Source: Lytechinus pictus (lineage: Eukaryota). Taken from it: a DNA stretch of 64,000 bases. The notes beneath the pieces were generated by a model. It was given only the letters and a program-made list of their open reading frames with translations, searched no databases and had not been told where the DNA came from. The position numbers and the translations under genes are program-made. The stretch is from positions 434,001 through 498,000 of the forward strand of contig NC_087252.1 of assembly GCF_037042905.1 (NCBI RefSeq). The letters are read 5' to 3'. Below, piece after piece: positions 15,201 to 27,200 of the stretch. The first letter of the stretch is position 1. Each line of letters begins with the position of its first letter.

Positions 15201-18200
15201 TGCAAATCCTCATTCATGACTGCATACAATAACCAAGACGTCCACAGAATAACACTTTTTGACAGACTGATGCAAATTTACAAGGCAGAGGGTGTTCCTG
15301 ATGTAATGAAAGCAGTCTTCTCCTTCAAAGAAGCTTGTCACAAGTACAGGGATAAGAGAGCATGATGGAGAACTTCTGCGTAATGTTTTGACTTCCTTGT
15401 GCATCAAGTGTGATCCAGGTTGCACATTCTTACATACTTAGGTAATTCTATTTCATGACAGTTAATTCTAGTTATACTTTTTTTTTATTTGAATATTGAT
15501 CGACTGTAACTGGGCATTTTAGTTTAGAATTTGATGGGAATGATGATGATGCACAGTATTTGTATAGCGCCATATATCTGTCTGAATGGATAGAATTTGA
15601 TTCCCTTTCGCTATTCCAGCCAAAGAAGGCTTGTATGAGCACCAACATATGAAAAAGGGAACACTATGCATTGCAGCAGAAACTTTTTTTCTTTTGGCTT
15701 GCAAAGGGTAAAGCTGATACTTGTATTACATAAAAGAAATAAGCAGCGTTTTCCATCAGTGGTGGTGGCAGTATATATAAAAGTACAAAAATGATAAAGT
15801 TTCAAAGTCAAGGTGAGTAGGAATTTCAGGCAACAAAATTTAAATACTGCTATCAAACATTGTTTTTTCTTTCTGTTTATGTATTGCTTTGTTGTAAAGT
15901 TTATAGCTTCAGAAGCGTTTCTATCAAGACAGATATGATCAGGTGAAATGCTCAGAAGGAACAATCAACATATTTAAAAATTAATGTCGAAAATATTTAT
16001 TTGAAAGATTACAAAATATCTTAAATTGAATCTTGATAAACAATATGTGTGCATGTGTGTGTGTGTGGATTTTTGTATGTATTTTTCTTATTTTCTCTCT
16101 AGATTATCATTGTATATATTTTTCATCTCATTCTTGCTGTAATGTTCTGTGTAAGGGGCCCCTCTCACAAGCTCTGCTTCTATGGAGTCCCAAACCAATC
16201 ATGTATTCTCATTTTTTGTTAAACTGTGTAATATGTCTCTTGTTTTGATTGGTTTTACTTAAACTTGAACAAAGTGATAGGAAAAAGCAGTAATTTGAAC
16301 ACAAATATGTGCTGTTGTTTACAGCATATAGGGTAAAGCTGCCTTTTGCTACAGTTTAACACCAAGGAAATAGGTGATATTATATCAATATTTATAGTAG
16401 CGTGTGCCAGATCCGGCTTAAACAGCAATCTGTCAGATTCCCAGCCAGCAAATTCCAGCGGCCCACAGGTACTGTTGCATTGGCTACCGGTAGCAGCTGT
16501 TTGCCGCTCCTGTGCCGCTGCAGCCACTGATGGCCCACCGACATTGTTACGCCTGGTGCACGAAGCAAACTGGGACAAGCGGGCCACCTCCGAGCCGGCG
16601 TTTAAATTCCAGGTGGCCCATCGGCGGCCTAAAGGCGGCAATTTCAGCATTTCTCTAATACATCATCTGTTCAAAAGACACATCATTTTGTGGATGAGTG
16701 ATACATGTGAACCAAATTAACACCAAACTCAGTTTTCTTTTTATTTTTTGTGATTCATCAAATTGAAAGAATAACTTGTTCTTTTCGAATGATCTACTAA
16801 GTTTGCAGATCCAACTTTACTATGATGAGATTACAGTTGCTAACACCTTGAGATGTACTTGACTTGCATGATTTCTACCCACTTCCTGTATACTAAGCAG
16901 GTGAAAGGAATTTAGTCTCTCTTCGACACCATGTACCGTTTGAGTAGACTGTAATTCTGCACCTAGTACATGGGCATTTTATACATGTGCATTTTAATCT
17001 CACCTCTGGGATGCTACATGTGCATCTGCCACAATTCTGTTTTCAGATGTTTTATGCAAATGATGAACTAAGTTTATCTTGAATATTCTGAAAAGTAATC
17101 GAGGCCAGTGTGTAGATGTGTGCATACACAAAGACAGATTCAGAGACCAATAAAGCCACAAAGGACAGAGGAAGCATTCTGAGGATGGTAAGAGCAATTG
17201 ATTGCCATGGAGTAGTCTCCAACAGATAAATAGTTTTGTATTCTCTATATTATCATTGCAGCTAAAGGTAGCTCAAACAAAGACAGATTCAGAGTCCAAT
17301 AGAGCCACTGAAGACGCAGGAAACATTCTGAGGATGGTAAGGGCGATTGATTGCCATTTATCAGATTACATCTTCAACTTCTAAATTTTAATTACTTTTG
17401 TGATAACCAATTCTCCTAGACTTCAGCTTAAGTATATGCAGGAGTAGTCTCCAACAGATAAATAGTTCTATATTCTCTATATTACCATTGCAGGCAAAGG
17501 TAGATCAAATACAGACAGATTCAGAGACCAGTAAAGCCACTAAGGACACAGGAAACATTCTGAGGATGGTAAGTACAGGAACTTGTGACATGACAATATT
17601 TGAAGTGTGCTCCATATACATGTACGTTATTTATAACTCATTCAAGCAACTTTTAAAGGAACACATATCAAATGGTCTAGATTTAGAAATCTAGTGAAAG
17701 TGAACCACCTACAGTATACAAGTAGCAAATAGGCATGAGTTCGATGGCGCGAGATTTTGCGTAAGGTGAAAGAAAGATGCTCTATTTAACGAATCAGAAT
17801 AATCGCTATTTGTGTTGTACAACACCTTTCAAGTTAGCGAAAATACAAACAATCCAGCCAATCAGAGACATGTACCCTACAAGGTACCGTGCAAGGTACC
17901 GTACATAAGGTACTTTGACAGAGTTTGTAAAGGATATCAAGGTCGGTATGGTACTGGGGAAAGACTATTGTGTTATAGATTTTGAGGAGGTATGAGCAGG
18001 GACGTCTCTTGGACATGTTTGATGGAGATGAGGTGAAAGTCCTTGATTTTGAAGAAAATGATTTTATATTCATTTTTAGCGCCAGGGAACCCCAAATATG
18101 GGAACACCTATTGCACAATTTGTTAATGATTTGAGAGATCAAACAGTAAGGCAACGTGTCAAAAGTCTTTGCCGCATCTTTAAGAATGAATTCCTTGACT

Positions 18201-21200
18201 AAAGTGATATGCATTATTTTGTCTATGATAAAATATGAGCATTGGTAGTCAAAACCTGCTTGCAGGATTCCTGCAGGAAAGGCATGGCTCTGGCAATTGA
18301 CAATATACCTATCAAACCCATCGACACAAATATGAATAATTATCCCAAGATACATTGTATATCAATTTTCATAGATCAAAAATAAAGAAGGTCTCCACTG
18401 AATCCTAATGAGCAACGATAACTCAGATTTTTACATATTATATGAAGAGTAAAATCCTTGGTTAAAAAGGAAGGAATTCCTCAGCTCTCTTTATTAGTAT
18501 ACAGCCATGTTATATGTACTACAGTTTCATTATATTGAGGAGGACTATTTAACACAACTTGCTTTATCTTATAGCTGCAAGTGCAGTTGAAGAATTTTCT
18601 TTATTTCTGGTTTCATTTCTCAATTCATCCAAATCAATTCATAAAAACAAGTTCTTTTTATGTGGACTTCCAAACATGAAATAAGATCTAGAAAACAGAA
18701 ACATTTTAACCACACTTTGTCATATGGACCTGTGTAAAGAACAGACTTACATTGCTTCTGCTGTCTCTGAGACTCGTTCAGCGTTGAGTTCATCAGCTTT
18801 GTCCTTGTTGTCTAGGTAGGTTCCCCTGTACGCAGCGCAGACTTTGAGGGCCTCCTTTAAACCTGCATATGACTGTATTAAAAAGAATATACCATGAGCA
18901 AGCTGGAGTTCTGAGCCATTTTATTGATAATCTTCTTGTATTTTCATATCCACATACCAGGTATAGATTCTCTTCAAATTTATCTGATGTAAAACCATTA
19001 ATTCATTCATGCATACACTTGACTGTCTATAAATTTATTTTAAAACTGAAACTTAATTCACATGTAATCTTCCAGTTTCTTATCTCATTTTCTTACTTAT
19101 CACTCAAACTGCATTTTTCGTAAAATATCAAAATACTTTAACCCTTTGCGTGCGACGGGCTTCCACAGAAGCCCAGCGAGTCGTTCACTTAGCTACGACG
19201 GGCTTCTACAGAAGCCGAGATTTTTTTTTGTCTAATTCGATGAAGTTTTTCAGCTTTTTCGTAATTGTTATGTACTAAAACCTCTGCCATTATTTCCTTT
19301 ATAAACCTTTTTCGATAACAGAATGAAAAAAATATACAGCTACGTGGGGAAAAATCCCGAAAATAGGAAATCATTTCAACTTTACCCGATTTTTTCGTTG
19401 GATTCAGACGGGGACGAATAAATTTGGTGACGAGCACGTACGCGCACGCAAAAGGCCTGATCACGTGACATGTTCGGATCACGTGATTTGATCCATATCG
19501 TACACCAACATCTTTTCTGCAAGATCGTCACATAATAAGCTACGCGTTTATTCACCATTTTCGTCTTATTATTTGTTTCATTAAGGAGATTTCACTCTAG
19601 AATGATATCTCCTCGGTTTCATCGATCGATTGTATTTTCAGAAAAACAAAAAAGCTTGTACGAGAGTAATGTCTTAGTACTTTGAGCTGATCTCGGTACA
19701 CTTTTGAACTTTTTCACTCCCCATAATATAATCATCTCTCTTCTTCTCATTATTTTTGTCTACTATGCTGTAAAAAAAAGAGAGAGAAAAGAAAGCAGTT
19801 TAGCGCACCATTCATCTTATGCTCTTTTCAAAAGGGAAACGTCCATGTTTTTTCATGATATCCGCACTACCCGAACAAAAGAAGGTCAGGGCAGCCACTC
19901 AAACAAAATCCTTCCGAAAAGAGCAGGATACAGATGGTCAACGCCCCGAACAAAAGGAAGATTAGTGTTTATCGGCAGGATGACCCATTGAACGCTTTTC
20001 GTACTTAGCAATACAAAAAGCTTTTATGACTACTTTTTTTTATTTCGACCAACATACCGGAACTAAAACAACAAACTTTGTCTCATTTACCAACAACTCG
20101 TAGGTGCTTATGACATCCGTCAGTGATTCAAAGCGCTTCCCCTTGGTGATGATGCATATAAGGATGAAAGAAGAACCATTTAGGGAAATTGTAGAAAAAA
20201 AATGTTCAGATGTCACGGAGAACGAGAGAGAATGAGAGACAGAGAATAAAAGGGTTAATAGACAAGTGCGCTTTGCTAAAATCCATGAATATCCACTTAA
20301 ACGAATAACAACATGACTTTATTTTTGGTTATAGATTACAAAAAAAAAATCCCACAACGTTTGTTTGTCGCAACTCGGTCCTCGGACCCTTGTCAAACTG
20401 ATGACTTTTTTTTAAATTATTTTTGTGTGGCATACCCCTCCCCCTCCAGATAGAAATGTTCTGACCTGCACTCTAATATTGCTTGTTTGTCTCCTCTCTC
20501 CGATTTTCTGTTTTTTTTCGCCAATTTCTTATTTTTTTTACCGGCGAAAAGCGTGGTGGAAAAGATTTATTTTAAAAAAATCCGACCCACCCGTTTTTGT
20601 TCCCGTTACTGCAAACAAACATTTGGGTCGCTTACCCTGGTTAGCATCAAAACCAAAATATCTTATTTCTTACATAAAAAACAGGGGCCGCTGAGCGTTT
20701 TTGATAATGGAGGGGTTGAGCCGATAGTTGGAGGGAGTGGACCGGCCAAAAGAAAAATTACATATTTATATAGACTTCGGATTTTTTGTACATGTTTGCT
20801 GAAGGGGAGAGGACTGAAACTTCCTACCAACTCCGCCACTTCTGTACTATTAGCTTGAACGATTAAAACGAGAGAGGCAAAAGTGAATTTATATAATAAT
20901 AATAATAATAATAATATGCAACATTTATATAGCGCTTGATACAAATGTTTCTAAGCGCTGCATACTATTACTATTATGATTTGTTTTAATGATTTATTAA
21001 TTACCATGATTACTTTATGTGTTTTTGGTTGTGAAATCAAGGAGACAAATAAAAAATAGAACAAAACGAAAGAACAAATAAAAAACACTTTTAATTGCAG
21101 ATGTTATAATTTATTCAGGAAAAAAAATAATTTCTCTTACTTTTAGTAGTTGCTGGCATGGCTCTTTTTGAGGGAAAAGTAAAATAAAGAAAGAAAAACG

Positions 21201-24200
21201 TAGAAAGTGACAAGGAGAAAATCGGGAGGTATGATTTCAGACTTACAATTTTAGTCACTCGTACTCGTGTAACTTTGAAATAATTTCAGGATTTTACAAA
21301 TCGAATACTGGTGCGCAAGCTTCAGGAAGAAAATTATTTTACTATTACAATAGCTGCGTGGCAGATCGAATTAAATGAGACATATAATTTACGAGAAAAA
21401 TCTAAAAAAAAATGACTTTTACTGAAAGATGGAGGCCTCTGTCTTGCCATATCCCTAAGCCCCAAGTTCACAAAAAATAGATTAGTCGTGCATTTTCTTT
21501 TGCGATAGATATCTACCCACGTTATTGGAAATGGAAGATGATATAGAATTTATTGTGAAATGACAGTTAAATATTGTAGTAGTTTTAAAAGGTTTTTCGG
21601 GACTTTTTTTGAGAATCTGAGAGTAAACCCCCCTAAATTTTCGACATGATGGCCACGATGCAATAGGATGAGAGGCTCACAAATGCAACAATCTCTGATC
21701 AATACAAGTTGGCAAAATCGAGGCATACTCTCGGAACGATTTCCGATGAAGAGAGAGGAAGAGAGAGAGGGGGGGGAGTTAGAAGTAATGTAAAATGACA
21801 GGTACTGGGAAGAAATAAATCAGAGAGAATGGATAGAGGGGAATGGGGCGGGTATATACCTCGTAATCCAAATCGGGGAGAAGGAAGACGATACATATAT
21901 CATTTAAATGAGAAGAACTAAGAGGGAAAAAAAAGGTGTAGAGGGGAGGGGATATTGAAATACATTAGATATAGGAAAGGGAATGAAAGCGGTAGATAAT
22001 ACATTCAGTTACGAGTTAGAAACCAGGGAAAGGGAAAACGAAAAAAAAATTCCATTAGTACCGTTTTTAAATACATGTAGACTACTACACTTTATATTGA
22101 CAAATGCGCAATAACCCCCCCCCCAAAAAAAAAAAAAAACATCCGCCAGTCACATAGAATGATTTCAGTAGCTTTCCAGTGCCCCTGGTGCACTTTGAAA
22201 CCCATCCCCCCCCCCCCGCGTTCTTTCATTCTCTCATCTTATTGCTATTATTTTTGTCTTCTTTATATTTCAGAGAATAAAGCAATTTAGAACACCGTTT
22301 ATCCTCTACTTTTTCGAAAATGAAAACGTCCTTGTAGTTCTTGATCTCGGCACTCCCAAACAAAAGAAAGTCATGGCGGACCAAAAAAAAAAATCCCTTA
22401 TAAAAAGAGCAGGGAACAAATAGCCAACGCCCTGAATAAAATGAAGATTAGTGATTTCGTCAGGATGACCTACTGCTTTTCGTATTTAGCAGTACAAAAA
22501 GCTCTTAGGAATACTGCTTTTCATATTACGACAGTAACATTTAAACAATGTAAATGTCTACTTGTTTATTGAAAAACCATGCAGGCGCTTAAGAAATGGC
22601 AAGAACTTTTCTTCTTGAGCATGACAGCACTTTATCAAAAAAGAAATACTCCCCCTTTTTGTGTACGTTTCCTGAAGGGAGGGGGGGGGTGGACTCCCGC
22701 CTCCTACCAACTCCAACACCCCTGTACTGTTTTAATTGAACGATAAAAAAGAAAGAGACAAAAAGTGATACAAATCTTTCATGATTTATTTATTAATTTT
22801 GTTTTCGATTATGAAAAAACCCAGAACGGTAAAAAAATGAATAAAATGGAGGAACATAATAAAACACTTTTAATTTAGATGTTACAATTTCATTAGATGA
22901 AAATAATTTACTTTCTCTCATTGTGACCAACAGTAGTCGGTAGCATGGTTATTTTGGAGGGAAAAGAAGATAAAGAAAAATGAAACGTAGAACGAGACGA
23001 GGAGAGCGTTGGGAGGTATGATTTCAGATCCACTATATAATTTCAAACTTATTTACACCCTTCACTCTTTGAAATTGCAACGGAAAACATATCGAATACT
23101 GGTATGTAATCTTCAGGAACAAAATTGTTTTTTTTAAATACAAACCATAATTTATGAAAAGATACCAAAGACGATATTTAGTGAAACGTTGAGGCCACCG
23201 TCTTGAAGCCCCCCAAAAATCATGAAATAGTTTCAGACTTTCGTTGCGCGGTGTTAAATCATCATCATCGCACTTGCAAGAGAAAATTCGTGCTTTTTTG
23301 TTCATTCTGGAAAATAAAGGTATTTGGTATGCTGTGATTTCACCCAAAACGGATTATCGTTGTAATTATACACTTTGCAAATGATCTCTCTACAAGGAGG
23401 TAAAGAGACAATTCATGAGTAGCGGGACAATAGGCAATGAAAAAAAGCACTAGAGCAGACAACAAAGCGGTATCGATCGAACCCGACCTGTCCGCGCGTG
23501 CTGATTGCCCTTACGCATTTTTGTACACAGTGCCTATTGACTTGGGGGAAAAGCGAAGATTTTACAATATGACATGACTTTTTCCTCATAAATTTCTTAA
23601 CTATTCTGTTGATTTGAGAAGCGAAACCTGTATTTCTAGAAATAAAAATGTCTGATCTTTCATCTTTACATTTACTAAAAATCCTGAAAATACATCAGTT
23701 TGGCGCAATTAGCAATTGATTGGGAAAACACCGCCACAGATCCAAATACCAGCAATGTACCAAAACGGCTCCGCCGCAGGGAGAGGTATCGGGATTCGCG
23801 GGTCCGCACGCAAAGGGTTAAGGATGACTTTTTACATGAGATAAAGATAATCTTATCTTGGGTTGAATTTTTTTTTACAAATGATACAGTAAATATTATT
23901 TCCGGTTTGCAAGTAACTGAATATGTGAAACAGAGGTTGCTCAGCACTGAAGTGGGTGTATATAGACACAGAAATTCACCTAAATACTCTACACCATATT
24001 ATTTTGCTTCTTGAGGCCTATGTTTTTAGTCAGACAAAATTTGAGATAATCACCTAAAACCTACGGTTAGTGTTTTGTTGACAAACATAACTGTTACATG
24101 TTCAATATCTGAAACCAAAATAACAGTGTTCAGAAACCCTCACCTGTATAGTATTCTTCAAGATGTTCTCACCAACCAAAGACTGCGCCCTGGCTACTAC

Positions 24201-27200
24201 CTCATTGGAAACCAACTCAAGAAGATTGTGGAAGACAAAGTCATGATGATAGTACCTGATGAAGAAAAAATGGATGGCTAATGATTAGTGTTGGGTCCGA
24301 GATTGTCTTAGATGAGAGAGACCAATGTTAAAATGATGATTCTAAGACACTCGTGGTCAGAATCAGTAGACCATGGAGAGACAAGTAACACATAATCACT
24401 GTCTCAAGACACTTGGAATTCGTTTCCTGATCAAGGTGCAATCTCCTCAAGCAAGACATTTTGCCTATAAATGTATATACTTTCATGACTCTTTGATGGT
24501 GGCATTAGAATAAGATCTCAAGACATCTGGGGTTTATGTTTACTTGCACTTTTCCTATTTAGTCTCATGACCAGTAGGTCTATTTTTAATCATACCAATT
24601 GAACTCAATGACTGAATTACTCCCAATGAATGAGTGAATGATTTGCCTTTATTTGAATCTCCCAAACAGGGCATTTTATCAATAAATGTATTTCCTTTCA
24701 CATCTCTCCTATGGTGATATTATATTAAAGGTAATTTATAGAACTTAATAATCACATCTGATAGCAATTACAGAGCAGTAAAAACCTATAGCACACATAT
24801 ACTTTGACTCTTAACCAATATTGTGTTAGACTAAGTTTGTAAAATAATGTAACCATGGGTCCATAACACAAATCTTAGCACTAATCATAGATCATTTTTC
24901 TACAATTGACTGCATTGACTACAATGTACAATTAATCATGAAACGATTAATCGTTAATCTTTGTGTAACGGGTCGCGGTAACTTACCTTGAGTGAGACCA
25001 GACAAGCATGAGAGTGTGTACAAGAGGTGGAAAGACTGTCATCAATTCTTTGGGTGTAGTAGCTCCATGAAGGCGTTCAAACCAAGGAAGAAGGGTTCCA
25101 AGAAACATCAGATTCTCATTGGTTTCAGCCAAAGCCTGAAATATGAATATTAAAATAAAATGAATCAGTTTATAACTGTAATACTAGATGGCCAAACTAT
25201 ATGAATAAACTGGAACAGGGCTTAGAAAGGTATGTGGATGCATCTTCAAATAGTCTATTTGTGACTCTGATTTTAACTTTTCTTTCCTATTTAGTCTAAT
25301 AACCTTTGATTGATTTCAACTAATCCAATCCCCTGGGAGTACATGCTTAGCACATATTGATAAAATGAACTTGTGATTTAGTTAGCATAGGCCACATCAT
25401 TTTTCATAGCAGCATACCCCTATGAGCTCAAAGTGGATGACTCGAAAGAAAAAGACTGACAGGAATTCCACTGAAAGATAAAGATCAGACATTTTCTGAG
25501 GTGTCTTAGATACTACGTCTTACATGTATCTCTTAATAAAAAAGATTGTTTCATAAAAACTTTAATCTGACTAAAATTTGCACTTAAATCCCCATTCTTG
25601 TGTGGTGTAAACAATGAATGATTAGGTAAGATTATGGGACAACTCTACTGCATATCAATGATTGAGATTATACACTTGTGCTCAAAAAGTTGGCGAACCC
25701 CACCACAAAATGTATTCCTTCATGCTGAGTGTTGAATGTAGACAACACTACCATGTTCAGCAAGCCCAGAAAAACAAACTTTATGAATGTAGTATTTTAT
25801 CACTTGACTTCAGAGTTAACTATCTCAAACATGGCAGAACTTGAACACTTTAAATATCTTCATTTTCTGGTGGGTTCACTAACTTTTTAGCACCACTGTA
25901 TACCTTGAAGAGGTTGGTACTTCAGTATGACCTTTAGTCACATTCACCTCATGGTGAAACTCCCCCACTCCCCTGGATCTAGTAATTAATTTTACCTGTC
26001 CAATCTCCCTGCGTACGTTGTGGAAGGAATGTGAATATGTGCTGTTAGCATCATCAAGATTAAGAAGAATATTGCTTGCTATGGTAGAGTCTAACTGTTT
26101 GTTAATGGACAGGAGTTTATCTTGACGGTGTCGCCAAAGGTTGACCTCGTCCAGCGGGAAAGGTCGCACTCCAAACTTCTCCCGCAGGTCGACAAGGGGT
26201 TCATGCTTGAGCACAAGCTATGGAAGAGAAAAAAAATCAAGATTGCAGATTAAATCAGTGTTATATGATTTACTCATCATCAATAATAATAATAGACACT
26301 TCTTGTATAGTACATAACACATTATAAATAACGTCTCTATGCGCTTCCAAAGGACTTGGATATAATTACCCTGGCTTTAGCCCTGCAGCCTTTTACAGCG
26401 CTGTGGCATTTCAAGGAATAAATTCCTGCCAGGTACCCATTCACCTCACCTGGGTTGAGTGCAGCACAATGTGGATTAATTTCTTGCTGAAGGAAACTAC
26501 GCCATGGCTGGGATTTGAACCCACGACCCTATGTTTCAAAGTCCGGAGACTAATCCACTGGGCCACAACGCTCCACGCAAGAAGTGTTGGCAAGGTTTTT
26601 AATCTGTTATTCAAATGTAGAATGCCACTTATTATAAAATAAAATTTGAAACAGAAAAGGGTTTACTTGGATGAATAACGTAATACTCTTCTTCCCTGAA
26701 AGCGAACTTGTGGTATGAAAGCTGTAACAATTAGAGAAAAGCTAACAATAACTATGGAGAGAGAATACAGCTTTGTGTATTATGTTCACAATTATTTAAT
26801 GTTTATCATATTATGGTCAAATATTAATTATTATCAAAAATTTTTCACCTCTAAAACTCAATGTAATTACAAGTTGTTTGCTGATATCCAAAATAAATGT
26901 TTAAAAACATTCGAAAATGCATTTACGAAATAACTGTAGGCTAAGAACAGGTAATAATTTTCCTGGCATTGCATCACAATATACAGACCTTGATTTGCTT
27001 GATCCAGCCTACCACCGTTGACTCTAGAACATGAATCACTGCTGATCTTCGGTTGGCGCTACTCGCTGCTTCAGTCAGCACTTCAATGGATGGAAGTGGA
27101 AGGCTTATTTGACCCTGATGAATGATCAAGAAAAAGAGAGAAAATAAATCTAGGATTACAAACATTTTCTGCACACAATTCCACCCAAGATGCCCAAACA

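Noticed and set aside
16440..17958. Possible CCCAG...CTGGG element enclosing the antisense mini-exons
   Set aside because: Only 5 bp of terminal match and no target duplication.
17834..18355. 173-aa minus-strand ORF
   Set aside because: Not dynein-like and not needed for the dynein frame; probably the antisense shadow of the decayed plus-strand exon.
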